Origin: Blastocladiella emersonii ATCC 22665
Taxonomy: Eukaryota; Fungi; Blastocladiomycota
NCBI GenBank assembly: GCA_025594325.1
Contig: JANHCV010000013.1
Coordinates: 1,178,001 to 1,242,000 of the forward strand
Reading direction: 5' to 3'
DNA: 64,000 nt
Position 1 is the first letter of the stretch; each line of letters starts with the position of its first letter. The notes below the pieces were generated by a model. The model ran no database searches, was not told where the DNA came from, and saw only the letters and a list, made by a program, of their open reading frames with translations. Position numbers and translations under genes: made by a program. This document shows positions 20,761-33,873 of the stretch, one piece after another.

Positions 20761-22779
20761 GTCAGCACCACGCCGTCCGCGGGCGGCTGTCGACGCGACC
20801 CTTCGGCTGCAGCAACGGGAGGTCAAGCGGGGCGTTACTCGACCTGATGCGCGCAAGCAGGTCAACGGATTGTCCCGCCGTGGAGTTGGGCGAGCGCGTG
20901 CTGGGCTCCTTCGCCAAATGGGTCGCGACATGGTCCATAAATGGCATGAGCGCTCTTGCCCAGTGCGGAGCTCAGGAACGCGGGTACGTCCGAGTGCGAG
21001 CCGGAAGGCGAGACCACCAGGTTCGGCGCGCTGCCCGCGTCGCCCACGTCGCCGTGGGAACCGTTCCCGTCGGCGGCGGCGGTAAAGGTTCGCGCACCCG
21101 TGCTCCCGCTGCACGACCCGCTGCACGACCCGCCGTCGCTCGTGAGCGAGCCCGCGGACTCACCGACGAGCTCGACGAAGGCGGCGAGGCGCAAGGAGTC
21201 GCGCGGGCCCGGCGGTCGAGTCGGCCCTCGACGTCAACGACCCGTTCCCGCTGCCAACACAGCTACCGGTTCCCGTACACCTCCACAGGTACCAGCGTGA
21301 GTGGGCGGGAGTACCTGTGAAGCGCGCACGATGCGACACTCGGCTTCAGAACCAATCTGTTGAACAGGTCAGGCAGAGGCGGCGGCCGATTGATCTCGGC
21401 GGCCCGCTCCAACACAGCCAGCCGCCGCCGATGCCACCCGTGCCGTTGATCGACTCAGCCTGGCTCAAGTCATCGTCCAATGCGTTCGGTCCATCTCGCG
21501 GCGGATCAGCCTGTGAGCACTCCGCGGGGGCACGAGAGCACCGGTCGATGACCGTCGACCACGCGTCGCTCGCCGAGGTGCGGACGCCACACCGGACCTG
21601 GCTGTCCGCAGCGACCGGTGCGAGAGGAACAATCGAGGAGCGAGTTGCAGCAAGTCGCAATCGAGCTTCATTCGTTTCGTTGGCGGCGAAGCGGCCGGAC
21701 GGGAGCGACCGTCGACCGAGGGCTCGACGTGGCGTTCATGAGCAACCCTGAACTCAACGGCGCTCAAGACCGCGAGCGCTGTCCGTGGTGCTTCGGCCGC
21801 AAGCGAAGCGGCTTCGAAGCCGGTCAGGAAGGCGACATGAGAGCGACTCGCCCGGTGCCCGCGAGCGGGGCCCCGGGTTCCCACGCGACGCGACGCGCCA
21901 CGCACAAGGGAGAGGAACAACGTGCGCGTTGCGTCCTCGGGCATCGAGCAGCAGTTGCGGAGCTCGTCGGTCCAAGGTCTCTAGCTTGAACTCATGCAGC
22001 AAAATGAATCGCGACCCACTGATGACGCGGTGGAGTGCGGGGGCAAGTGGCCCGCGGGAGGCCGAGGGCGACGGATCTCAGCGAGGATCCGGTCGTCAGG
22101 CTCGGTCGGCCGTGAGCGCCACGACGATGCAGGGTTGTGGATGCGAGTGGATCTGCGATGCGAGCGCGAGAGCAGCGGCGATCGGGCGCGTTGGCGAGGC
22201 GAATGAAGGCCCGCGGCGACCTGTCGGGGCCGGGCTTCCTCGCGTGGCTGCGTCATCGTCTCGGAGACGGCGCCTCTCAGGCTCGCGAGAGCAGATGAAG
22301 TACGCCGTAAGCCGGCGAGGAGCGCCCCGAGCGCCCCGAGGCCGGCAGACCGTCGGTGCGGCCATGGGAGCACCGTTGCGGGAAGTCGCGCATGCGTATG
22401 CGGTCCATGATACCTCAAGGCGCCTGTGAACGCGCCGGCGGGGTGAGAGCTCGAGGAGAGGTGGCCGCCGTCCGAAGGAGGCGCGGGAGTTCGCTCCTCC
22501 GCGACGAGCGTGGTGATGCAATCTGGCGCAACACGTCAACCGCGCGCTCTTCCGGTCCGTGGCGGCGCAGTGTGCGCAACCAGCTGAAGTGTCGACGTAT
22601 GCGAGTTGGTGAAAGCTCTTGCACTACTTCTTCGGCCAACGCGAGGCGAAAGTCGTCACGTCGGCGCGTCACATGAAAGTCACGCTTGTCTCGCGGCCGC
22701 GGGAGACGCGACGTTTTCACGCGCGCGCTTCCAGAAACGCGTCGCTGCGACGCGTTGAGCAACGCTGTCGTGATACAAC

Positions 22780-25700
22780 TATCGACTCCTTGCGATGCCA
22801 TCGACTTCCTCTTCTACCAAGGACCTCAACGACAGCACCTGCAACTACTCGACGCGCTCGCGGCTCTCATCCACGTACGCGCACGTCGATGGGTGCGGGC
22901 GGACCGCTGGTTCATCGCGCGACTGGGCGCGGCCTCGGGCTCCGTGTAGCGCGACTGCTCGTCGCACGACGAGCTGCGCGGGAAGGCATCATTGCCGTCG
23001 CGACACCGCGCACTTCATGGAATTGTATCTCCGGCGGTCGAGTTCATGCTGGTGCGCGTACCGCCGAACGCGCCGCTCGTCGTCAACGCTAACGTGCGCG
23101 TCCGCTCGTGTATGTCGGCCGTGCGGCAACGCTCGGCCTAACCGTCTCGCACGTCACGTTCTCGGCTATGCTCGGCATATCTGCTCCGGTACGACAAGAA
23201 CACGCCGCGAGACAACTACTGACGCGACGCACGTCTGTCCAGGCAGCGGCGACGACGTCAAGGAGATTCTCGGCCAGGTCGGCCGATCCCGCGACTACAT
23301 GTAACTGAGCCCGCCAGCCTCGTGTCCGGTTCCTCATGAACCACCCAGCTCACGGACGGTACGTGTCTTCGACCGCTTCGCTCACACCCTATACCCGCCG
23401 TATCGGGTCGTGCTCGCCGTCCAGATCGCCTCGCGCGAGCAAGTACTCGAGCGCAGGCTCGCACGAATCGGGCTCGACGCGTCCTTTGACAACCTCATCA
23501 CGCTTTACGGGTACCCTGCGAGAAGAGATGCAGGTCAAGCTCGATGTGGATCGCGCACCAGCGGCTGCTCAACTTCGGTACGCGTGTATTCGAGGCCCGT
23601 CACTTCACTCGCACTGACCTGGCTCGGCTTTAGTGTAGAAGCGACTTCATTCTTGCTTCCTCTTGGCCGCACTGGCGGCGACGTTCTGCGTCCATGAACG
23701 CGCTGCGCCGTCTTGGCGAGTTCCCGCAGCGACCTCGCTTCTTCCCGGTACGTGTCCATGACCCCGTGGCGGTCGGCATGTCTTTCTTGCTTACTCACGA
23801 CCAATCGTGTAGGCGACGCTGTGCAGCTCTGCTCGCGCGTGTGCGAGTCCACGGACCTGGCCCGAGCCGCTCAACTACTGCTACACGCCGCTTTGGCGCG
23901 TCGTGTCGACCACGCTCACAACCACGACCAGCAGACGGCATGGCGAACCGTGCGGGGCGAGACCAAGACAACGGCGTATATCGACTGGCATGGTACGTGT
24001 CGTTTCGTGTCAGTAGCCATGGGAGTGCCGTCAATGCTCACTCACATCCTGCTGCTGCTGCTCTTCACCAGACCCTCTCCATGTCTTTCGGTCAAGCGAA
24101 GCGGTGGTACTCCACGACAACACACGACGACCCAAGAACCAGCACTCGTACATGTTCAAGGGCGGCAGTATCGGGCGTGGACCAGCTCGCACTCATCAAG
24201 AAGCTCAACACGCTCGCTCAACGACTCGTTCGCCGATCGAGATCCAGGGCGCGACCATGACGACGGCCGTCATGACTCGCTCGGGCCGCAGATCGTCTGG
24301 CAAGCAGCAGCAATCCGTCGTCATCCATCCCCGAGCTCACGCACGCCGAGTTCATGGCGAGCGTGTGGTATCTGTCGGTACGCGAAAAGGTTCGCTGCCG
24401 TCCGCAGAGTCATGACGCGTCGCTCAATCGTAGGACAAATTACGACCATCGGCACTACACGCACCGCCCACCTCACGTTCTCGTCACCGTCGAAGCTCAA
24501 CACTCTCTGCTTCGACATCAAGCGGCAGAGTGCCTCGGCGTCCGTCGCTCCAGAACTGCAACGACCGCCGTGACATCTTGACCACCGCGGTCCTCGATGC
24601 GTACCACCAGCTCATATCGGCGGCGAGCGGCGTATGGCGAGGTCGTAGGTCATGGTCAGCCTGGGACGTGTCGCTCTGGATCTCCCACCCGCACGAACAC
24701 GGCCGATCACTCACCACTTGCTCACTCGTCGCGCTGCCCTAGGAACCCATCGCGTGCGCCTTGATCGAGTACTATCGACCGTCCAACCACTCACTCGCGA
24801 ACGCTTCCGCTGCGCCACGTCCATGGCTCATCGCGTTTGCGTCCGCGTCGTGATCACGCCTCACGCCAGTGCTCCGACTCGATCCAGCTCAACCTCATCT
24901 CGCCGCCGACAACGTCGTGTTCGCGTCCGCCGCCGCCGCGCCAAAGGGCAGTGGTGCCCGCTACGGAGGTACGCTACAGAACTTTCGCCACTGCGTCGCT
25001 GCAAAAAAACTGCCGCGTCCCTCGATTCTAGAGGGCTGGAATCTCCCGAACGGAGCACGGCCGGGGCTCTGTCAGCGCGCGACGGCAGCAGCAGCTACTA
25101 CTTCGACTACTTCAGCATGCACTCGGCGAGCATCTCGGGTACGAGACCGAGATCCAGAACTCGTCGCCGTCAGCAACCTCGTCTTCGCGCAGAGACGACG
25201 GCCACGAACTACACGATTAACCTGAACGAGGGGCTGCACGGCGAGTTCACGATTCGCAAGACGACGACCTACGGCCTCAACGAGTCAACCGGCAGTCAGC
25301 TCTTGAGCAGCGGACCTGGAACGTGGCGCCATTTTCTTCTGAACACACCCGTCCGCGAATCCGTGATCGCTGACATCTGTTCTTTGCGACCAGTAGGAGA
25401 TGGAAGTCGCACTACTTCTCCTCGCTCGCATCGATCTGACTCGTGTTTGTACGCACTCGCGTGCCACGTAACGACGAGCTACTACATCGTTGCTCGCTCG
25501 TCCTCGGCCAGCTGCTCGCCTCGTGCACGTACACGTACACGGACGGCCTTGGCTGCATCTCCACCACCGCTCCGAGTCATATGTACGCGTCGACCGAGAC
25601 GTGGTCAAGCTCAAGGAGAACCGCGGCCGCGGGCGGATCACACAGCGACTCGATGATATTAGTACGCGTGGCTGAGCCGAGACCATCCGCACGGCGGCTC

Positions 25701-28500
25701 ATACTGACCGAGCCGCGCGACTGCATCCGCCGTGTAGCCGACTCGACTGTCTTCAAATTGTTCCTCCGCGCGCCCATACTCGCCTCCATCCTTGACGCCG
25801 CCGCCGCGACCAGCGGTGCTGTACGACGACAACGACTTGTTTCCGTGACGGTACGCTTCATCTCTTCTGCGCGTAGTGGTTGCGAGTACGGCGGGCTGAC
25901 GCGCGCAAACTTGGTTCCTCCGAGTAGGCGCTGTACGCTCAACAAGGGCTGTCTATTGATCGTATCGCCACCGTCGCTCTTCCTCTTCCTCAAGCGTGTC
26001 CGGATCATCCTCCTCGTAGTCGCCCATCTGCTGCTTCGGCAACCTCAACGCCTCGCCACGCTTCGCTTTCGCCGCTGGCCAGCCCAGCAGCACGTGTCCG
26101 TGGCCTCGTGTCGTGGCCGTGGCCATTGCTGCGGAGGGCATCGACCATGGCTTATGACCCTACAACATGATCGAGCTTGGAGCGTGCGACACGAACCAAC
26201 GACTCTCATCCCCGAGCTATTCTCGCGTGCACGCTCGAGTCTGGTCGTTGTCGAGGTCGTGTCAGCGACGGCGGCGCGCAGGTCTTTGACGAGCATGGAA
26301 CGTGTCGTCCTGGTCGGTCGCCGCAACCCCCACTCATGCGCGGACGATCACTCACGCCTCGCTCGCTCGCTGCGCTGCACTAGTAGAGCTGGCGCCCGAT
26401 TCGTTGTGCTTCGAGTCAAAACGGCGGCAATGCGACAATGCCGACCGTTCGTTTCGCGAGCAGCATCAACGACCTCGTGGTCAAAAAGGCTGCGACGCGC
26501 GCGTCAAGCTCTTCTTCCTCCAGATCGGCCTGCTTCCGCTACTTGATAGCAAGCTTGCCGCGCAGCACGGTGACCAAGGCTCGGGTGGTGAGCGATACTT
26601 TGGTGAATGGGTACGCGACAAGCCGCTCTCTCGCTCGATTACTTGCCACGGATACTGACGGTTCGCCCGAGTGTAGTGGAAATCGACGGGCCGCGGTTCG
26701 CGACGACCGGCTAACGCGCTTCGCTCTGCGGCCGCGAGCGACGTCGGCAGCTACGTCTACTTCTTCCGCTCCGAGCTGGGTTCGGTGGCGCGTCGCGATT
26801 CGGCGGGTCAAGATCAAGGGGTCTCTTTCTCCTCCTCGCTGACCTCGACTTTGCCGTGGCCAAGAACTTGATTGTGGCGGTGGTGCGGAACGGGTGCTTC
26901 CACGACGCGCCGCGCGCAACGATCAACCTCCTGCTCACGCTCTTCGAGTTCCACAAGCCCGCAGCATCAGCACCGGTAGCTCGTCACGCGCGTGTCGAGT
27001 ACCCAGTGTGCAGGCGAAGCGACTCTGGGATCCACGCGGTACGCCGATGGCCATCGACCGCCGCCCGCTCGCCTACGAGATGACTGACCTCGAATCTGCA
27101 CCCATACGTAGTCCCGAGTCAGCAACAGCAGCAACTCCGGCGTTGACGGAACGCGACGCGCCCTTCGCATCCCACTCTTCGCCTCCGTGTGTCCTCGGTC
27201 ATGTTCGGCGGCACCTTTGCTACATCTGGTACGAAAAGGGCACGCTTAGCGGCTTCTGCTGACGCGGCGCACGTCGTTCCAGGCAGGCATCCACGCTCCT
27301 CCTCCTCAACGTCCGGCTGGTACGTGCTCCGACTCGTGGCGCTCTCATTGAAACGCGTCGGCCGTCTGCGATCGATGCGTCAAGCTGCAGGTCAAGTTCG
27401 ACGTGGATCGCGTGGATCCCGATGCGGCAGCAACGACTCGGTGACGGTACGCGCGTTTTCACGACACCCGTCGCTTGGCTCAACACTAACCTGGGTCGGC
27501 GGCTTCCGCGTAGCAGCGACAACTTCAAGCTCGCACTCGACCGGCTGTACTGGCCGCGGCGGCGGCGACGGCGGGCTGTTCCGCGACCATTAACTGCTCT
27601 TCGTGTTCCTTGCCCAGTTCTCGCAGCAAGGCCGCGTCCTCTCAACGTTTGCCTCAAGCAGAGCGACGGTACGAGTTTTCATGGTCTCGTAGTGGTCGCC
27701 ATGCCCTCATTGCTCACTCACGTCCGATCTTGTAGTAACCGCTGCGCGGCTGCCTGCGGCGGGGGCCGCGCGCGCAAGTTCGAGGGACCAAGTCGCTCGA
27801 CTACTACTACGGCAGCACGCTACGACAACGCCTCAAGTCGGCCGCGCTCGACGCTCTCGTTCAACATACGGCATGACGCTCGACGCTCTACCGACCGCGC
27901 GGCGGTGCGAGTCCAAGACGGCGGGCGGCGTACACTGCCCTGAATGGATGGTACGTGTCGTCGTTTCGCGTCGACCGGCCCCGAAAAGTATCACCAATGA
28001 CCACTCACATCTTGCTGCTGCTGCAGTTCTTGTCCAGATCCTCTTCGTGTCGCGCGATCGAGGCGCTGGCGCTCCACGGCGACACACGACGACCCAAGAA
28101 CCAGCACGCGCGCGTTCAAGGGCAGCGGCAGCATTGGGCGTGGGCCAGCTCTCGCTCATCTTCAAGAAGCTCGCGCTCACCGAGAAGCTCGACGCAAACC
28201 CGCTCGAGAGCTCGCTCGCTGGTCGAGATCGAGCGCGCATCCATGGCCATGTTCGTGGTTATGAAGACTCGCTTGGGCCGCGGGTCGTCCAGCAAGGAGC
28301 AGCAGTCCAAGATGGCCATCGTCGTCGTCCATCCCCGAGACCACGCGCACCGAGTTCAAGCTGAGCCGCGCGGTAGCGTATGGTACGCGCAAAGTGCTCG
28401 CTGCCACCCACAGAAACGTGACTGACGCGTCCCTCGGAGCTAGGGCGAGCACGACACCACGCGCGACTTCTTGACCAACCGATACTACGCGCGGCGCCGG
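22780..28500 (+). repeat. Diverged tandem duplication (~3.9-kb offset) of a decayed gene
   Basis: Anchors: 23531-23555 vs 27388-27412 (23/25 identical); 24121-24145 vs 28083-28107 (25/25). Both copies retain TGGTACGTGTCGT with a + strand splice donor. No long ORF in either copy. Confidence 0.7.
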
Positions 28501-29101
28501 ATCGAGCTGAGCTGAGCCTCACGTGCTCATCGCCTTTGTCAAAGCTCAACTTACCCTTCTTCGACGGCTTCAAGCGGCAGGGCGCCTCGACGTCGGTCAT
28601 CCCAGAACTACAACGGCCGCCTCCATCTTGATCATCGACCGTCAGCAATTGCGACTCGGCTTCTGCAACTCGACTTCAACGACAACACCACGCGCGCGTG
28701 ATGGTCTTCTCCGTCAGTCGGCCACGACCACCAAGCTCCAGCCAGCCACGACACGACACGACGCGACGCGAACGACCAGCTCAAGTCGGCGGCGAGTGTC
28801 ACGCGGCGGGGTCGCAGGCCATCCTCGGCAGTCCTGAGCCTGCGTTGCAGGCGCCTGAGTCGCGTCGATTCGAGGCAAAGATGCATGTTGCAGCGAGTCA
28901 CATATTTCATGAGGTGTCATTGGGATTGGTGAGCTCTCGACTTGGGGTGAGAGGGCGATCGCGGTCGCCACGCCGAGCGAAAGGACGAGTGGCGAGGTAC
29001 GATTCCGTGGCATCACGTGGCGCAAATTGGTGGCTTTGTGCGAGTAAGCTCTGGACGCCGCTTCTCTCTCTATACCTCCGATACCTTTCGAATGTAAACC
29101 G

Positions 29102-30587
29102 ATGAATCCACTTCATGCAACTGCTCCGGCATTCATGCACGCTGACGAGTCTGCCAGCCCGGGACCTTCAACAATACCTTTGTGCCAGCCCTCCTCCGTT
29201 GTCCGGCCGTCGACGCCAACGCCGACGCCTTCCGACCTATCGCTTCCCGACTGCTACTCGCCGCCCGCCGGGATTTCGGAGTACACCGTGTCGCTTGACG
29301 CAATCAACGCTGCTGTAAAACGGCCAGACTTGGAAACAGATGCTTGCCCACTGGCCCCGCCGTATCGTCAACTTTCAAGCTCGCTTGTGTCGCTCTCTCA
29401 TCCGGCTTCAGAGGACCACATCGCCAGCTTATCTCCTCTGGCACGTTCTGAAGCATCGGCTCCTCCAGGCGCACCCTTGTTCAACGTTGTGCTTGAGGAA
29501 CCGGCGAATGAATGGCTCACCTCAGCTGCAGGTTCCCGCGTCGCGCCACTCCCCACCCGCGAGCTCACTGTTGACTCGGCAGCGGAAACACTGGCCCCGA
29601 CGCTCGCAGCATCTGGATTGCCAGAACTTTCGCTTTCACCTGCGGTGGCCGCCGCTGTATCGCCAACTAGCTATGTGCCAGCTGCAACTACTTCAGTGGA
29701 TGTAGACTCCGCCGACGGAATCAGTTCTGCGCTTCACGCGCGACCAAACTTGACTTATCCGCAGCTCATTTGCCAGGCGCTATCCTTGGTCCCTGATCGG
29801 AGCATGTCAGTGGCGGATATTTGGCTCAACGTCATTGCCCATCACCCGTACTTTGGTGCTCTGACGACATTGCAGATCAAGTCAGAAAAGGTTCTTCCAT
29901 TCTTTTCGACGCCGCCGCGTGGCTTAATTCTTACACTCGTCCCCGGCTGTCACCTTTTTGGTGGTGTAGGCTAAGTTTAGCGCTTCCTTGTCGCAAGCGG
30001 CGGGGTTTTTGCGCACCAAGTCCACGACTGGCGCGAAACAAGGCCGGTGGACTGCGTCCGTGGACTTCATTACGTCCGTGCTCAGTCAGATCCCCACCGA
30101 CGGCGATGCCCAACGGCCTACGAATTCGCGTACTTCCACTCGCAGTCGAGCGACTCATTCAGCCACAAACCCGATCACCGTGACGGATCCCGCCACTGGC
30201 ACGATCCACGTTCGGCCAGCCCTACGGTGCTGCGATCTGGCGGAGGACGCGCTTGCGTCTGTGCCAGGTCGCGCCATGACGGTCCAGCAAGTCATGGATT
30301 GGGTTGCCCGCGAACATCCGTACTTTTCGTTTGCTGAGCGCTCTGGTCTTCGGGTACGTCTTTTTGACACCTGGACAAGCGCGATCCCGCTTGCTTTCCA
30401 GCTCACCCATCGCCCACCATTGTTTGTATGATAGCGAGCGATCAGGAACAAATTATCCCGCGAGCAACAGCACTTTGCCGGCACCGCCGCCACACATGTA
30501 CAGGTCCTGCCTTCATCCAGTGGTGAGAGCAGCTCGAGTGCTTTTCTTGGAAGCGAACGGCCCGCAAAGCGGCGCCGCAGTAAGTAA
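29102..30587 (+). CDS. Protein with two tandem, divergent forkhead (winged-helix) domains; 3 exons (29102-29880, 29981-30353, 30435-30587)
   Basis: FH1 RPNLTYPQLICQALSLVPDRSMSVADIWLNVIAHHPYF...INASLSQAAGF...QGRW. FH2 RPALRCCDLAEDALASVPGRAMTVQQVMDWVAREHPYF...RAIRNKLSREQQHF. Both introns are GT-AG and restore the frame. Confidence 0.72.
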
Positions 30588-30970
30588 GCAGCCTTGATGC
30601 GCAAAGTACAATACATTTCTTCCTTGAACAACCGATCCTGGTAAGTGAATTTTCGAGTGTGAAACGAAACACTTTCTTCCGCGAGTAGCGACATGGGCTC
30701 TTGCGATACGCGTCGCGATATCACGCGGTTCACCCAGGACACGTTTGATCGCGCCCTGCGCGATGCTGCGAAACTTAGAGCGACCTCGCAGGAATGGAAC
30801 GATGTTTGCATCACACAGCGAACGGAGCGACGGGAGTGCGTGATCGCTGTGTGCACAATTCGCCGCTCTGGTCGCCGCTCGCGTCAAGGGCGAGCGAACG
30901 CCGCGCGAGACGCGTCGCGATATCACGTGGTCAGTGCGAGACACTTTTCAGATCAAGCTCGTCTCCTTCA

Positions 30971-32050
30971 CTAGGGGTGTGTGCTTTGCACACTCTGTCT
31001 CAGCAGTAGGCGACTAGGCTAGCTTGAAAATATGCTGGACGTCAAGTTCCGTCCGCGTTGAAAGGCGAGTAGTGAATGACGTGTCAAAATCGCTATGTAT
31101 TAATGAGCTAAGGACTAGGTAGTGGTTGCCTCCGCCAGACTTAGCAGTCGAGCGTACTCGGCAAGTAAATGTTGATCCTGTGTTTGATTCAGGCCTTGGA
31201 TACCTGGATCACGCAGGATCAGGATGTCGTCACCGCGCCGTACACGCGATAGGATCATGTACAGGAAGCGCGACGGTAACGATCCACGCGTCATGTCGGC
31301 GAGATCAACGATGACCTTTTCGAGGGTCATCCCTTGGGCCTTGTGCGCCGTCAGCGCGTACGCGAGCTCGAGCGGGAACTGAGCTCGATGGATGGATCGT
31401 CTTGGATGTGCCGGCCACCTTGTTCTTGAGGCGGAACGAGGCGATCTCGCGGCGCAGCGGGAAGCAGCCGTCGGGGATCCCGGGTAGCTTGGGCATGCGA
31501 CCCAGATCCCTGTTGGGCCGGATGATGACTGCATCAATGTCGTTGTTCGCGTCGATGGCAAAGCCTTCAACACGGCCAATGAAGCCGTTTGACGATGCCG
31601 CGACTACACGATGCGAAGCGAGGAAGCGCTGGTGAGTCCACGCGCCTAATGGCCGGCGAATATGACGCGGAGACGTACGGCGTGTTGATGTTCCGCGTCA
31701 CGATGACACACGCGCCAGCCAAAAGCTTGAGGGTAGACGGGATGTGGTCCGTCTTACTCGAGGGAAGCAGTTTTGCGAAGTTGAGCATGCGCTGGTCGCT
31801 CTCGCTCTGACCGCTGCTCTCAATGACGAGCTGTCGCCAAAGGAGTGGTCCGGTTGTGGAGGGCTTGCGGACGAGATCGACGCACTCGAGGTCAAAGATT
31901 TCGTCGGGTTGGAGACCGAGGCGACGCGCGTGTTTCGCGGCGGCCATCGAGTTCCACGCGTCGCGCACCGAGTTCTGCGCCGTGATGAGGACCTGGTCGC
32001 TCCCGTCGTCGAGCTGGCCTGGGTGCTGGCCCAGTACGACGTCTGCTCGC
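30971..32050 (-). mobile_element. Helitron remnant with intact 3' terminus (5' end not identified)
   Basis: On the minus strand, hairpin GTGTGC-AAA-GCACAC (30979-30993) lies 4 nt before CTAG (30971-30974), followed by T; it sits ~140 bp downstream of a PIF1 helicase C-terminus. Confidence 0.65.
31115..32050 (-). pseudogene. PIF1-family (Helitron RepHel-type) helicase, C-terminal half, frameshifted
   Basis: ITAQNSVRDAWN, LKLLAGACVIVTRNIN, NGFIGRV, QFPLELAYALTAHKAQGMTLEKVIVDL, YMILSRVR. Frameshifts near 31590 (extra A) and near 31390 (CCAT duplication). No Walker A/B seen. Confidence 0.8.
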
Positions 32051-33873
32051 CGTCGTGTTCGCCAAGAAGACCATCGAGTTCTGGGCCACCGTGTACGAGG
32101 ACCACAAGCCGGGTTTCGTGTCCGAGTACGAGTCAGACGACGAGTCAGGCGCGGCTGAGTCCGATACTGGGCTCGTCGGCAGCGTCACCGAGGTCAAGCG
32201 GCGTCGCCCGTCGTGGCGCAGCGCCGAGGTATGTGGACGCGTGATGGGCGTCTTTTTGTCGCGGTTGACTGACACGCCAGGGACGCGTGTAGATTGAGTG
32301 CCTTATTGATCGGGTCCGCCCGACTGCACTCCACCATCCTGCCGAAACTGGCGAGGATGACGCATCCACGCCCGCACCTCAGCGTCACGCGCGCGGGAAC
32401 CGGCGCCTGGCCGTGGTCGCTGTCGACCATTTCGCGGCCTCGCCCGAGATGCCTATGGCGGGAATGCTCGTCCCCTTTGACGTGCGCGCGAGCGAGCAGG
32501 CGACCCTCGGTTTCGACGTGGCCGCGCCGCACGCGGACCCGACCATCAAGACTAACCGCCAGGACCGGATTCGCGAGGCCGAGGTGCTCGCAGAGCATCC
32601 CGATGACCCGTCGCACAAGCTGTTCTACTCGCCCGCTGATGATGCGTGAACAGCGCGACTGCGCCGCTGCGCCGTCGTTGCGCGAAGCAGCGCCAGGGCG
32701 TTGGATGGATCCAGTTCTTTGTATTTCCTCCGTTTCCTATGTAACAAGCAGTGCCTTATTCAGTTCTATCGTGATAAACAAACCTTGAGGCTTTTAGTAC
32801 GTGGGCAGCATGACTCAAGCAACGGCGCACGAGCCAGCTGTGCAGTTGTGGACGCGTCGGTCATCTGCACGTGACGCGGGGTCCAAACAAGGTTTCGGGC
32901 GCCTTCGCTCGCGTTCTTGCTGCGGCCGGGAGGGTCCTTCCGCCGCGGCGGTATTTAAGCTTCGCGCGCCCGCCCTCTGCTCAGCAAGGCACTCTTCTCC
33001 CCCGCGGCCGCCCCTCGTCAAGATATTCGCCTCGTATAGCATGCGCGCCACGGCCGACGTGACGGCGACGGGTACGCCTCCTCCCAGCTTGACCGTGACG
33101 GTCGTGTGTGTGTCTCGTCGGTCAACCTAACTCATGGCTAACCTGTACTGTGTCCACTCGTCATTGTCTAGGCTAAGGGAATCGTCCCAGGTCGGTGTCA
33201 AGGTCGATGTCAACCATGGTCGGCCTGTTCTCGTCTGGTCGCTGATCCGTACGTGCGCTGCTGTGTCTTCTCCTCTCCTCCTCCACCGATGCCTCTCGTG
33301 GCATCTCGACGAGCGTGCTGGCGAGCGGAGCCCGCCCTCACGGGCCTCCTTTGCGGGCCGCCGTCGCGAGGCGCCTCGCTCGCGCTCCTCGGACCGTTCA
33401 CTGACGTCCTGCGTGCCGTGAATTGTAGCCGGTATCCCTCAAGCATATCGATGTACGTGTTCTCCTCATCACGACTCGGCGGTGGTGCTGGGCGGACGCG
33501 ACCGCCGCCACGTCCGCGGCCGCGGCTTGCCGCTGCTGCTCGAGCTGTACCTGGCCATCATTGCGATGGCGGTTGGTTTCGACTCGACGCGGCGGTCGTG
33601 AGTCGCGGCCGACGAGTACGGCGGTATTCGCCGTCGTGTTCGCCGTCGCTGCTCGCGGGAGCGGCAGCGTGTGACGGGTGGCGGTCGCGGGCTGTGCGGT
33701 GTCCGCGGACCGACCGATCGGGGGCGGTGATTTCGGGCGGCGAGTGTGGCGCAACGCGTGGGACGCGTGCGCGAGCGCAAGCGGCGTGGCCGCTGTTTTA
33801 ATCACCTCAATGTACGTGATTTGCCGAAAAACGTGTCATGATGAGTCAGTAAATGATATTCAGCTGTATCGAG

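Noticed and set aside
20800-22700. Numerous short ORFs suggesting a viral or novel operon-like cluster
   Set aside because: No motifs, no consistent strand and no long frames; consistent with decayed GC-rich sequence.
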